Shown in pieces: positions 16,499-26,290 of a stretch of 64,000 nucleotides of DNA; within the stretch, counting starts at the first letter, position 1, and each line of letters starts with the position of its first letter. This DNA is from Vicinamibacterales bacterium. Lineage in GTDB: Bacteria; Acidobacteriota; Vicinamibacteria; Vicinamibacterales; 2-12-FULL-66-21. The notes under the pieces are model-generated. The model did no database searches. It was not told where the DNA came from and worked only from the letters and a program-made list of their open reading frames with translations. The translations under genes were made by a program, and so were the position numbers. Location: the NCBI GenBank assembly GCA_036258055.1, contig DATAEK010000051.1, forward strand, positions 1,532 through 65,531, written 5' to 3'.

Positions 16499-17344
16499 TC
16501 AGTCCTCGATGAACAGTTGACGCTCCGGGCCATTGAACGTCACCCGCGCGAAGATGTGGAGCGGCAGGAGTCCGTCCGCCGCGGGTGAGCCTTCCTCGCG
16601 CCCCACGACGAGGGCTGCCACGTTCATCAACGTCCGCGAGCCGATCCGCAGTGCATCCACGACCGCGAGCCGCGCGGGCCGGCTTCCGGCAAGGCTCGTC
16701 AACCCAACCGATTCACGCGCCAGCGTCACGCCCGGCTCGCTCCTGTCGTGGACTTGAAACAGGACGAGGGCTTCGGTGCCGGTGTCAGGCACGAGCCGAA
16801 GCATCCGGCGATCTTGAGGCAGGACCACAAGAAAGCGATTGTCGTGGGGCTCGAGCTCGAGCACGGCCGCGTTGCGCGGGACTCCGGCCGCCGTGTCGTG
16901 CCACACGACCCGACACTTGCGATAGTCGATGGTGTACCGGAGCGCGGCAAGCACGTCCTGTCCAATCACACCCTGGACGTGCCGGCGCTTCGACTCGAGG
17001 TCGGGAAGGTCGAAGTCGGCGGCGGGCACGATCGTCGCCAGTACGTCACGAGCGGTCACACCGCCCATCCCAAGGTGTTCGATTCGGGCTATGAACGCGT
17101 CCTTCTCTCCCGCGGCGGTTGTCATTGTTCTCTTTGCGACGACCGTCGCCCCAATTCTTGTCGCCAACTCGTCCGAGATAACAGATCCGCTCGAACCGGT
17201 GTCGAGCAAGAACACAGACGGCTCGGTTCCGTTGACGATCACAGGAACCAGGATCCCTCCCTGAGGCGTCAAACGAAACGGCAGCGGCACGGATGAGGAC
17301 GCTGCGCAAAGGTACAAGACAGGAGGAGGACGGCCAGCAAGCAC
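16499..17344 (-). CDS. Retropepsin-like (two-lobed) aspartic protease
   Basis: ORF 16499..17344 with a GTG start. It has two D-T/S-G catalytic motifs, one per half (FLLDTGSSGSVIS and LVPDTGTEALVLF). Confidence 0.7.
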   Translation of the reverse strand: MLAGRPPPVLYLCAASSSVPLPFRLTPQGGILVPVIVNGTEPSVFLLDTGSSGSVISDELATRIGATVVAKRTMTTAAGEKDAFIARIEHLGMGGVTARDVLATIVPAADFDLPDLESKRRHVQGVIGQDVLAALRYTIDYRKCRVVWHDTAAGVPRNAAVLELEPHDNRFLVVLPQDRRMLRLVPDTGTEALVLFQVHDRSEPGVTLARESVGLTSLAGSRPARLAVVDALRIGSRTLMNVAALVVGREEGSPAADGLLPLHIFARVTFNGPERQLFIED

Positions 17345-17408
17345 GGTACGCGCATACAGGCACTGTGAGCCTTGCGCGCGCCCGGCGTCGTGATGGCCGC
17401 GTGACGAA

Positions 17409-19553
17409 ATGACGGGAAGCGGTGATGTCTTCGAATTCGAGGAATTCCGGCTCGATCTGCGGCGGATGGGCGTCTGGAAAGACGACGAACGTGTGTTGCT
17501 CGAGCCGAAGGCGCTGGATGTCCTGCGTCATCTCGTGGCGAATCGCGACCGGCTCGTGCCCAAGGACGAGCTCCTCGACTCGGTCTGGAAGGACACTTTC
17601 GTCACGCCGAATGCCCTGACACGCGCCATCGCCCAACTGCGGAAGGGCCTGGCCGACGACGTCGAGCATCCGAGACTGATTGAGACGGTCGCGAAACGGG
17701 GGTACCGCTTCGTCGCGCGAGTGACCGTTCGGTCCAACGGCGAATTGGACTCTTCGCCTTTTCCCGTCGCGTCCACTCCGATAGCCGTTCGCCAACCTCG
17801 CGAGCGCGCCACCGCGCGGGCCCTGGGTGCGATCGCCGCAGTGCTCGCCCTCGTCCTCGTCATCGGCTGGCGCGGGGCTGCGTCCAGGACGAGCGGCCGT
17901 CCGACCGCGACGCTGGAGATCACACCGCTCACGGCCTCCGGAGACGTCATCGACGCGATCATTTCGCCCGACGCGAAGTACCTGGCGTTCGTCCGGTCGT
18001 CGCAGGGCCGACAGTCCTTGTGGATCCGGCAGTTGCACGGGACCAACCCCATTCAGCTCGTCGGACCGGAAGCGGTCAGCTACTACGGAATCTCGTTCGC
18101 TCCGGATTCGGCCTCCCTCTACTATGTCGTGCGCGGTCCCGAGCCGCTGGCCTATCCGAGCGGCATGCTGTTCCAGATCGCGGCGCTCGGCGGCACACCA
18201 CGCCGCCTCGGCATGCCGTTCGACCACTATCCAGTGGTATCGCCCGACGGAAGATTCCTGGCGTCGCTCCGCTCCGACCATCCGGGGCCAGGGCAGAGCG
18301 CGTTGGTGATCGTCAACGCCGACGGTTCCGGCCTGCGTACGGTGATGAGCGTGCATCCGCCGGACATCCTGGCGCCCGGCTTCTTCATCGCGCCAGCGTG
18401 GTCACCGTCCGGCGATCGTATTGCTGCCGCCGTCCGCAACGCCGACACTCGTACCGCGCACCTGCTCACCGTCGACGTCGCCACAGGCGCTGCGCGGCGA
18501 TTCGCCGAGACGTTCGCGAACGCGTCGTTTGCGTCCTGGATGTCCGACGGATCGGGCATCGTGTTCATCGGCGCGGCGCAGCGCAAGCCATCGACCGAAT
18601 TTGGATCGGACTTGTGGTTCCAGCCGCTGCCCGACGGTCCGCCGCGGCCGATCACGACGGGGATCGTCGAATACCGGAACGTGACGGCATCGGCGGACGG
18701 GTCGTCATTGGTCAGCGTGGGTAGCCTGATGAACGCCGGGCTCTGGCGCGTGCCGCTCGCTGGCGATCGTCTGGAGAGAATCCCCTCGCACAAAGAGGAC
18801 GGCATCGCCGGCCTCGCGTGGCTGGACGCCGCCACGATTGTGTTCGCGTCATTCGACGACGGCACGCTGCAGATCTGGACCATGGGCAGCGATGGTTCGA
18901 ATCGTCACCAGATCACGACCGACGGGTCGAATTTCGCACCCCGGGCGACGAAGGATGGTCGCACCATCTTCTTCGTCGGGGATCGCCACGGACGGACGGG
19001 CCTCTGGCGGATGGATCGAACCGGAGCGAACCAACGCCTCATCGCGGAGGCGCCAGAACTGTGGGATCTCGCGTTGTCACCTGATGAGCGGCAGCTGTTG
19101 TTCACGGCCCCGAGCGCGGATCGCACCGATTCCACCTGGATGGTCTCCTCGGACGGCGGTCAACCCTCTCTGCTCATCAGAGGACTGACGCACGCCGCGG
19201 TGTCACCCGATGGCCGCGCGATCGCCGGCTTCTGGCAGGACCGTCTCAGCGCGCAACTCGCCCTTGCTGTCTTTCGAACGACCGGCGGCCCACCCTCGGC
19301 TGTCTTTGCCGGCGGCGTGGCGACAGTGCACGGCGGCGTGTGGTGGAGTCGCGACGGTCGTGCGCTCTACTATACGAATGCCGATCGCACCAACGTCTGG
19401 CGACAGCCTTTGAAGGGAGGGCCGGCGACGGCGGTGACCGACCTGGCGGACGGCATGATCAATCGAGGGGACCTGTCGCCCGACGGCCGCAGTCTGCTCG
19501 CAGTACGGGTGAACCCGTCGCGTGACGCGTTCCTGATCACGGGCTTCCGCTAA
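17409..19553 (+). CDS. OmpR/PhoB-type winged-helix DNA-binding protein with TM segment and TolB-like beta-propeller
   Basis: ORF 17409..19553. The wHTH is FEFEEFRLDL..LEPKALDVLRHLV..VTPNALTRAIAQLRKGL..TVAKRGYRF. A TM segment (ALGAIAAVLALVLVIGW) follows, then repeated SPDG/W-rich propeller blades. Confidence 0.85.
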   Translation: MTGSGDVFEFEEFRLDLRRMGVWKDDERVLLEPKALDVLRHLVANRDRLVPKDELLDSVWKDTFVTPNALTRAIAQLRKGLADDVEHPRLIETVAKRGYRFVARVTVRSNGELDSSPFPVASTPIAVRQPRERATARALGAIAAVLALVLVIGWRGAASRTSGRPTATLEITPLTASGDVIDAIISPDAKYLAFVRSSQGRQSLWIRQLHGTNPIQLVGPEAVSYYGISFAPDSASLYYVVRGPEPLAYPSGMLFQIAALGGTPRRLGMPFDHYPVVSPDGRFLASLRSDHPGPGQSALVIVNADGSGLRTVMSVHPPDILAPGFFIAPAWSPSGDRIAAAVRNADTRTAHLLTVDVATGAARRFAETFANASFASWMSDGSGIVFIGAAQRKPSTEFGSDLWFQPLPDGPPRPITTGIVEYRNVTASADGSSLVSVGSLMNAGLWRVPLAGDRLERIPSHKEDGIAGLAWLDAATIVFASFDDGTLQIWTMGSDGSNRHQITTDGSNFAPRATKDGRTIFFVGDRHGRTGLWRMDRTGANQRLIAEAPELWDLALSPDERQLLFTAPSADRTDSTWMVSSDGGQPSLLIRGLTHAAVSPDGRAIAGFWQDRLSAQLALAVFRTTGGPPSAVFAGGVATVHGGVWWSRDGRALYYTNADRTNVWRQPLKGGPATAVTDLADGMINRGDLSPDGRSLLAVRVNPSRDAFLITGFR

Positions 19554-19713
19554 CCGCCGAGCCCGCCTTCATCGGCTCCTTTTGCCGATCCCGTCGCAGC
19601 ACTCGAGCGGAGTGATTGCGTTCCGTTGACTGACAAGACCGGCAACTTCGCACGATTCTGAAATCGCCACCTGTCCGTCGGAGAGATAATGGGAGCCGTC
19701 TGAGGATTCTGAT

Positions 19714-21351
19714 ATGACCTCGCCATCCTTGGTCCCACGCGCTATCGCCCTCGCGCTGCTCGTCGCCGGTCCTGTGCTGGCGCAGCAGCACGAGCACGGC
19801 GCCTCGACGGACGAGAAGCTCGGCACGGTCCGCTTTTCGACGTCCTGCAGCGCCGGCGCCCAGCCCCTGTTCAACCGTGCCGTGGCATTGCTCCACTCGT
19901 TCGAATTTGCCCGTGCGATCGAAGGGTTCAACGCGACGCTCAAGGCCGATCCGTCATGCGCGATGGCGGAGTGGGGCATTGCCCTCAGCCGGTGGGCGAA
20001 TCCGTTCGCGCCTGGTCTTCGTCCACCCGCCCAGCTCCAACAAGGGCGCGACGCAGTAGCTCGCGCCAGGGCGATCGGGACGAAGACCGCGCGTGAGGGG
20101 GCGTACCTGGATGCCGTGTCGGAGCTGTACGCCAGCTTCGAGACGATCGATCAGCGCACGCGCGTGCTCGCGTATCGTGATGCGATGGCGAAGGTCGCGG
20201 CGGCGAACCCGGACGACACCGAGGCGGCGATCTTCTACGCGCTGGCGATCGCGGTGGCCGCTTCGCCAACCGACAAGACATACGCCGATCAGCTGAAGGC
20301 CGGTGCGATTCTCGAAAAGATCATCGTCAGCCAACCGGACCATCCGGGTCTGTCGCACTACATCATCCACAGCTACGACGTGCCGCCGCTTGCAGACCGA
20401 GCGCTGGACGCGGCACGGCGCTACGCGAAAATCGCACCATCAGCGCCGCACGCGTTGCACATGCCGTCGCACACCTTCACGCGTGTCGGTGCCTGGCAGG
20501 AATCGATCGACACCAACACGGCAGCCGCGGCGGTTGCCAGGCGCGAAGGGTCGACCGCCGAGGAACTGCACTCGATGGATTATCGGATGTACGCCTACCT
20601 TCAGACGGGCCAGGACGCGGCCGCGCGCGAAATCCTCGACGCGTTGCCGGAAGTAAAGGCTCGATTCGACCCTGACGCGATCGGTTCAGGCGCGCCAGGG
20701 TCCGCAGGCGTCTTCGCGCTCGCCGCCATTCCGGCGCGCTACGCGCTCGAGCGCGGCGCCTGGGGCGACGCCGCGAACCTCGTGCCCCAGCCAAGCCGTT
20801 ATCGATATGCCGACGGGTTGACGTACTTCGCGAGAGGACTCGGCGCGGCGCGCACGAGAGACGCGCCGGCCGCCCGCTCGGCGATCGACACACTGAACGC
20901 AATCAAGAATCAGCTGACGGATCAGAAGGAGCTCTACTGGGCCGGGCAGACCGACATACAGCGTCGCTCGGTGTCGGCCTGGCTCGCGCTCCTCGAGGGG
21001 CGCAAGGAGGAAGCGCTCACCGAAATGCGGGCGGCTGCGGCAATCGAAGATGGGACCGAGAAGGCGGCCGTGACGCCTGGTCCTCTCGCGCCGGCGCGCG
21101 AGCTCCTCGGCGAGATGCTGTTGGAGATGAATCGGCCTGCCGACGCGCTCCGGGAATTCGAAGCGACGCTCCTGAAGGAGCCGAACAGGTTCCGAGCCCT
21201 GATCGAGGCCGCGAGATCAGCCTCGTTGGCCGGCGACACTCAGAAAGCGCGCACGTTCGCGGCGACGCTGTTGAAGATCTGCGAGCGCGCGGACCGGCCG
21301 GGTCGGCCGGAGCTCCAAGAGGCGCGTCGATTGGCGACGAGCGGTCAATAG
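19714..21351 (+). CDS. Secreted TPR-like repeat protein (hypothetical)
   Basis: ORF 19714..21351. It has a signal peptide (MTSPSLVPRAIALALLVAGPVLAQQ) and a helical-repeat-rich body. Confidence 0.7.
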   Translation: MTSPSLVPRAIALALLVAGPVLAQQHEHGASTDEKLGTVRFSTSCSAGAQPLFNRAVALLHSFEFARAIEGFNATLKADPSCAMAEWGIALSRWANPFAPGLRPPAQLQQGRDAVARARAIGTKTAREGAYLDAVSELYASFETIDQRTRVLAYRDAMAKVAAANPDDTEAAIFYALAIAVAASPTDKTYADQLKAGAILEKIIVSQPDHPGLSHYIIHSYDVPPLADRALDAARRYAKIAPSAPHALHMPSHTFTRVGAWQESIDTNTAAAAVARREGSTAEELHSMDYRMYAYLQTGQDAAAREILDALPEVKARFDPDAIGSGAPGSAGVFALAAIPARYALERGAWGDAANLVPQPSRYRYADGLTYFARGLGAARTRDAPAARSAIDTLNAIKNQLTDQKELYWAGQTDIQRRSVSAWLALLEGRKEEALTEMRAAAAIEDGTEKAAVTPGPLAPARELLGEMLLEMNRPADALREFEATLLKEPNRFRALIEAARSASLAGDTQKARTFAATLLKICERADRPGRPELQEARRLATSGQ

Positions 21352-21548
21352 CGGGAAGCCGTCCGGCCTCATCTCTCGGTAAAGACGTACTCGTGACCTT
21401 GCTTCTGTCAGTCTGTCTCCTGACCGGAGCCTCGGCCCACCGAGCTGAGAAAGCGTTGCATCGATTGCAGTAAGGGTTCTCTTGTTGCCCGTCCGGCGGT
21501 CTCGACGACGACCGAACGATGACGCCGCTCGTCTGAAGCAGCGGTTGC

Positions 21549-21713
21549 ATGCGAACGGCCCTGTCGTGGTGGCTCCTGCTGGTGGGAGTGTGCGTGGTCG
21601 CGCCGTACGTCATCGGCGTCCGGCCACGCACTCGGGGCGATTGGTTCCTGATCACGGGAACCGTGATGTTTCTGACCTGGCTTCTCGGTGGATTCGTGTC
21701 AGTCCGCGCGTGA
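21549..21713 (+). CDS. 54-aa two-TM membrane peptide (hypothetical)
   Basis: Below the track's cutoff. Translation is MRTALSWWLLLVGVCVVAPYVIGVRPRTRGDWFLITGTVMFLTWLLGGFVSVRA*. The track's overlapping 21482..21760 ORF is Arg-rich and implausible. Confidence 0.3.
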   Translation: MRTALSWWLLLVGVCVVAPYVIGVRPRTRGDWFLITGTVMFLTWLLGGFVSVRA

Positions 21714-21737
21714 CTCAGCGAACGCGCGGCTCAGCGC

Positions 21738-24512
21738 TCATACGCTCCGGAGCGCGATGACTGGATCGACCAGCGCAGCCCGTCGAGCGGGGAGGTAGGC
21801 CGCGAGGATCGTGACCACCACGAGCACCGCCAGGACGATCATGTTGGTGAGCGGATCGGACGCCGTCACGTCGAAGAGCAACGCGCTCAGCCACCGGACC
21901 GTGACGAATGCGGCCACGGCGCCGACCGCGACGCCTGCAGCGACGACGGTGGCGGCGTCGCGGACCACGAGGCCGACGACCTCGCGCCACTGCGCGCCGA
22001 GGGCCATCCGTACGCCAATCTCGCGTGTCCGGCCGGCGACCGCATATGAAAGGGTGCCGTAGAGGCCGAGCGACGCGAGAAAGAGCGCGATTGCCGCGAA
22101 GCCGGCCGCCAGGTAGGCCACGATCCGCTCGCGGCCGACGTCGCGTGTGACTCGCGCAGACATGGCCGCCACGCCCTCGAGAACGAGCCCGGGTTCGGCC
22201 TGGCGAAGCGCATCGCGGACGCGCGGCGCGATCTCGGTTGGTTCGCCCGCGACACGCACGTCGAGGGTTTCGGTTGCGGCCTGAGGCGAACCGCGCTGGC
22301 CGATGGGGAAGTAGATCATCGGCGGCGGCGGCACGTGCAACGTCACGACGCGTGCGTCGCCCACGACACCGACGATTTCGGTGTCGAGCTGCGAATCGCC
22401 GAGGCGTCTGCCGATCGGATTCTGACCTGGGAAGTAGCGGCGCGCGATGGATTGCGTAACGATCGCGACCCTGGCGCCGGAGGCGACGTCGTGGGCGTCG
22501 AACTCGCGTCCGGCGACGAGGGGAATGCCGGTCGTCGCGAAATAGGCCGGTCCCACCCAGTTTTCCTGTGCGGAACCAGCTTCCTGTGCGCCCTCGATCC
22601 TGAAGCTGGTGGAATGTGTGCAGTTGTCCAGCAGTCCGCAGGTCGAGACCGAGGCGGACGTGACGCCCGGGACGTCTCGCACCACGGCGACCAGCCGATC
22701 CCTCAGCGCTGGCCACGCGTCAGGTGCGTGGCCATTGGCCGTCACGTCGACGGTTGCGCTGACCAGGCGGTCGACGGTGAAACCCGGATCGAGGCGCACG
22801 AAGTTCATCAGCGTCCGTCCGAGGAGCACGGCCGCAAACACGACCGCGACCGAGAGCGCGAACTGAACCGCCACGAGCGGCCGCATTCCCTTCATCGTCG
22901 AGCGCGTGGCCGACCGTTGCTGGGTCGCGGTGAGCGGAAGATCCCGCCCGAGCTTTGCCGCCCTGAGTGCCGGCGCGAGTCCGAAGAGCATGGACATGAC
23001 GAGTGTGATTCCGCTCGCAAAGAGCGTGACTCGCACGTCCGGATTGAAGACCGCCGGAAGGGAACGAGTGGTATTGAGGACGAGGCGGGCGACGGTGGCG
23101 CTTACCCAGACGCCACCGAGCAAGCCAATCCCGCCGCCAAGCGTCGAGAGCATCACGCTCTCGGTCATGTACTGGCGGATCAGCTGTCCGCGTGTGGCGC
23201 CGAGCGACACGCGAATGGCCGCGTCGTGCGCGTGACCCGCGGCGCGGGCCAGCATCAGATTGGCCACGTTCGCGCAGGTCACGAGTAGAACGACGGCGAC
23301 GATCGCGGCGAGCGTCAGCAGTACCTGGGAAAATTGCGCACGGAGTCCGGAGAATCCCCGCGCGAAGGGCTCGACCGCGAGCGTGTGCGCCAGCATGTCG
23401 TCGCGGCCCTGCCGGTCCGTGAACGATGACGCCAGATCCGCGACGCCCTGGCGGTTCGCGGTCTCGAGCAGGAACGTCGCACGGACCAGATTGCTACCCG
23501 GGACGCGGCCAACCAGATTGAGCCACGCGATACGATCCTCGGACACCCACGGTTTCGACCGATCGCCTGCGTTGTACGAGCTGGAGTTGTTGTCGTAGTG
23601 CAGCGCAGACTGGAGCGTCAGCGGCAGCCACAAGTCGGTTTCGACGTCGGTCCAGATTCCAGCAAAGCTCCTGGGCGCGATGCCGACCACGGTCACCAGC
23701 GCACCGTTGACATCAAATGTCTGCCCGAGCGCCGAGTCGGCGCTGCCAAACGCCCGTTTCCACATCCCGTCGCTGATGACCGCCACTGCGCGTTCGGCGC
23801 GAACGTCGGGCTCGGCGAGGAATCGTCCGCGCGCCGGTGAAATCCCGAGGGTGGAGAAGAAATTGCCGGAGACCAATTGCGCGCGTGTCGGCACCGGTGT
23901 GGCGGAGCCCGGCAGCCGCAGCAGAAACCGGGAGCTGCGCGTGACGGCGGCCAGCGAGCCGTGCGGGCCGAGCGCCTGTTGCAGTCTCTCGTACCGAGGG
24001 TACGAGAAGCGCAGATAGCGGCCGGTGCCGCCAGCAGCGTCGGGTACGCCACGGGGCGTACGTTCGTAGAGGGTGACGAGCTCGTGCGCCGCCGGCAGCG
24101 GGAGGGGCTTGAACAGGACGGCGTCGAGGAGTGTGAAGATCGCGGTATTGGCGCCGATGCCGACTGCGAGCGTCAGGATGACCGTGAGCGTGAAGCCGGG
24201 GGTCTTACGCAGCGAACGCAGACCGTGCCGGAGATCGCGCAGCAAGGTCTCGAATCCCGCACCGGTCCTGGCATCGCGGACCTGCTCTTTGACAGACTCG
24301 ACGCGGCCCAGTTCCAAGGTCGCGGCTCGCTCTGCCTCCGATTGACTCATGCCCCGGTTCTTGTTCTCGTCGACCAGCAGCGCACGCAGGCTGCGCAACT
24401 CCTGATCGAGGTCGTTCTCGAGGTGACGGCGCCAGACGACGTTGCGCCACAGACTGAGGACGCGTCGTCTCATCGACAACCGCGCGCCTCGTTGCTCGAG
24501 ATCGTGAGTCAT
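21738..24512 (-). CDS. ADOP-family duplicated ABC permease with N-terminal permease-prefix helix, PadR-linked
   Basis: ORF 21738..24656. ATG 24512 overlaps the PadR stop (ATGA at 24509..24512). The prefix is MTHDLEQRGARLSMRRRVLSLWRNVVWRRHLENDLDQELR. Two FtsX halves follow, and the protein ends in DPVIALRSV. Confidence 0.85.
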   Translation of the reverse strand: MTHDLEQRGARLSMRRRVLSLWRNVVWRRHLENDLDQELRSLRALLVDENKNRGMSQSEAERAATLELGRVESVKEQVRDARTGAGFETLLRDLRHGLRSLRKTPGFTLTVILTLAVGIGANTAIFTLLDAVLFKPLPLPAAHELVTLYERTPRGVPDAAGGTGRYLRFSYPRYERLQQALGPHGSLAAVTRSSRFLLRLPGSATPVPTRAQLVSGNFFSTLGISPARGRFLAEPDVRAERAVAVISDGMWKRAFGSADSALGQTFDVNGALVTVVGIAPRSFAGIWTDVETDLWLPLTLQSALHYDNNSSSYNAGDRSKPWVSEDRIAWLNLVGRVPGSNLVRATFLLETANRQGVADLASSFTDRQGRDDMLAHTLAVEPFARGFSGLRAQFSQVLLTLAAIVAVVLLVTCANVANLMLARAAGHAHDAAIRVSLGATRGQLIRQYMTESVMLSTLGGGIGLLGGVWVSATVARLVLNTTRSLPAVFNPDVRVTLFASGITLVMSMLFGLAPALRAAKLGRDLPLTATQQRSATRSTMKGMRPLVAVQFALSVAVVFAAVLLGRTLMNFVRLDPGFTVDRLVSATVDVTANGHAPDAWPALRDRLVAVVRDVPGVTSASVSTCGLLDNCTHSTSFRIEGAQEAGSAQENWVGPAYFATTGIPLVAGREFDAHDVASGARVAIVTQSIARRYFPGQNPIGRRLGDSQLDTEIVGVVGDARVVTLHVPPPPMIYFPIGQRGSPQAATETLDVRVAGEPTEIAPRVRDALRQAEPGLVLEGVAAMSARVTRDVGRERIVAYLAAGFAAIALFLASLGLYGTLSYAVAGRTREIGVRMALGAQWREVVGLVVRDAATVVAAGVAVGAVAAFVTVRWLSALLFDVTASDPLTNMIVLAVLVVVTILAAYLPARRAALVDPVIALRSV

Positions 24513-24838
24513 GTTTCGAGCGCCCGCGCCATGGCGACCGCAATGCGATTCCATTGCGCCGCTTCTTCGGTCAGCTGACGGCGGCCGGCGCGGGTCAACG
24601 TGTAGTACTTGGCACGGCGATTGTTTTCCGACGGCTGCCAGTCCGCTTCCAGCCATCCTGCTTCTTCGAGACGATGCAGAGCAGGGAAGAGCGATCCGGG
24701 CTGAACGCTGAACGCGCCAGCCGTCATCTGCTCGATACGCCGGGAGACGCCGAGACCGTGAAGCGCGCCCGTGCTGAGCGCTTTGAGGATCAGCAGGTCG
24801 AGGGTGCCCTGCAGCAGGCTGGTCCGTGCGGATGCCAG
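24509..24838 (-). CDS. PadR-family winged-helix transcriptional regulator (apparent non-canonical CTG start)
   Basis: The track ORF (24509..24727) begins mid-domain. The in-frame upstream sequence encodes LASARTSLLQGTLDLLILKALSTGALHGLGVSRRIEQ, the conserved PadR N-terminal wHTH. No ATG, GTG or TTG lies between the in-frame stop (24895..24893) and the ATG at 24727. AGGAG (24850..24846) lies 7 nt before CTG 24838. Confidence 0.7.
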   Translation of the reverse strand: MASARTSLLQGTLDLLILKALSTGALHGLGVSRRIEQMTAGAFSVQPGSLFPALHRLEEAGWLEADWQPSENNRRAKYYTLTRAGRRQLTEEAAQWNRIAVAMARALET

Positions 24839-24845
24839 ATCGACA

Positions 24846-24901
24846 CTCCTATCGAAAGACGATACGAGTATGGGAGCGGCTCCTATCGAATGTCAATAGG
24901 A
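24846..24901. promoter_or_regulatory. Candidate operator/promoter elements in the padR / symporter divergent region
   Basis: An 11-bp direct repeat CTCCTATCGAA occurs at 24846..24856 and 24880..24890. An inverted repeat TCCTAT-N9-ATAGGA spans 24881..24901. Confidence 0.3.
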
Positions 24902-25009
24902 AGGGGCAAACGCGACGGACAGGCCTCGCCCGGAACGCGGCTCGAGCTGAAGGGCTATAATGCCCCGCTTCGCACCCCCTCTCGTCCGCCGCGCAGGAGG
25001 CCCGCAGGT

Positions 25010-26290
25010 ATGTCGTTGACGACCCGTGTGATCGCGGGGCTGGCGCTGGGGCTTGCTGCCGGAGCCGCGGCCCATTTCTCAGGTCATCCTCTCTTGCTCG
25101 GCGTTGCGGACCTGGTGGAGCCGATCGGCACGATCTGGGTAAACGCGATCCTGATGACGGTCATTCCGCTCGTGGTCTCGAGCCTGATCGTCGGAGTGGC
25201 GTCGACGGCCGATGCGCGAGCGATCGGCCGTCTGGGGTGGCAAGCGCTCCTGCTCTTCCTGTTGTTCTGTTCCGTGTGCGCGGTGTTCACCGCATTGACC
25301 GCGCCGCCGCTCCTGGCGCGGCTTGCGATCGACCCGGCGACCGTGACGTCCATTCGCGCTGGCGCCGTCAGCGCCCTTTCGGCGCACGCCGTGACCACCC
25401 CACCGGGCGTTGGGCAGTGGCTGACGGGGGTTGTGCCTTCGAACGCCGTCAAGGCTGCCGCCGACGGGGCCATGCTACCGCTGGTAGTCTTCACGGTTGC
25501 GTTTGCCCTGGCGGCCACACGGATCAAGCCCGATCTGCGCCACGCGGTGCTCGGGTTGTTTGAAGCCGTGGCGGCGGCGATGCGCGTGCTGATCGAGTGG
25601 ATCCTGGCGTGTGCGCCGGTCGGAGTGTTCGGGCTCGCGTTCCCGCTCGCGGCGCGCGTAGGAATCAGCGCGATTGGTGCACTGGGCTACTACGTCGCAC
25701 TCGTGTCGGCGACGTGTGTGTTGCTGTTGCTTGCGCTCTATCCTGTAGCGGCCGTCGCCGGCGGAGTGGGGATACGCGCCTTCGCGCGCGCCGTCGCACC
25801 CGCTCAGGCCGTGGCGTTCAGCTCGCGTTCGTCGCTCGCGTCGCTGCCCGCGCTGATCGATGGCGCCGAACGGCTGGGGCTGCCGCCGGCGGTGACCGGT
25901 TTCTGCCTTCCGCTGGCTGTCTCGACGTTCAAGTTCTGCGGTCCCGTCGTGACGATCGGAGGCATGCTGTTCATCGGCCGCCTCTACGGAATCCCCATCG
26001 ACTCCTGGCGCCTCGTACAAGCCGCCGCGCTGGCAGTGCTCCTGACATTCGCCGTACCCGGCATTCCGGGCGGCGCGCTCATCGTTGGCTCTCCCATCTT
26101 CGTTGCCGCGGGTTTGCCGCTCGAAGGCATTGGCATGTTGCTGGCCGTCGACACGATTCCCGATATGTTCCGCGCCCCAGCGAACGTCACGGCCGATCTG
26201 ACGGTTGCGACGATTCTGGCTCGCACGGCACATGTCGTGTCACCGCCCGCGCGGGTGACGGCTGAGAACGCAGCATCGATTGGCGTCTAA
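25010..26290 (+). CDS. Dicarboxylate/amino acid:cation symporter (DAACS/GltP family)
   Basis: This is the last 426 aa of ORF 24554..26290. AGGAGG-N9-ATG places the start at 25010. The protein is multi-TM, with AFSSRSSLASLP and DTIPDMFRAPANVTAD motifs typical of the family. Confidence 0.85.
   Translation: MSLTTRVIAGLALGLAAGAAAHFSGHPLLLGVADLVEPIGTIWVNAILMTVIPLVVSSLIVGVASTADARAIGRLGWQALLLFLLFCSVCAVFTALTAPPLLARLAIDPATVTSIRAGAVSALSAHAVTTPPGVGQWLTGVVPSNAVKAAADGAMLPLVVFTVAFALAATRIKPDLRHAVLGLFEAVAAAMRVLIEWILACAPVGVFGLAFPLAARVGISAIGALGYYVALVSATCVLLLLALYPVAAVAGGVGIRAFARAVAPAQAVAFSSRSSLASLPALIDGAERLGLPPAVTGFCLPLAVSTFKFCGPVVTIGGMLFIGRLYGIPIDSWRLVQAAALAVLLTFAVPGIPGGALIVGSPIFVAAGLPLEGIGMLLAVDTIPDMFRAPANVTADLTVATILARTAHVVSPPARVTAENAASIGV

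Noticed and set aside
17046-18356. 436-aa ORF on the minus strand
   Set aside because: It is antisense to the well-supported wHTH-TolB gene. The translation is Arg/Asp/His-rich with no recognisable motifs, a typical high-GC shadow ORF.
18885-18915. GGTTCGAATC, a tRNA T-loop-like string (also GGGTTCGATTC near 5680)
   Set aside because: The flanking bases cannot form T-stem or acceptor-stem pairings, and both strings lie inside well-supported CDSs. No tRNA genes were found in the window.
19554-19713. Possible promoter TTGACT...CACGAT upstream of the TPR gene
   Set aside because: The spacer is 19 nt and the -10 match is poor, so it is not convincing enough to list.
21715-22716. 333-aa minus-strand ORF, plus several 100-300-aa ORFs in 21.8-24.6 kb
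   Set aside because: These are alternative frames or the antisense strand of the ADOP permease 21738..24512, and their translations are Arg-rich.
24554-25009. N-terminal 152 aa of ORF 24554..26290
   Set aside because: This part is antisense to padR and the permease 5' end. The transporter sequence and a good AGGAGG Shine-Dalgarno point to ATG 25010.
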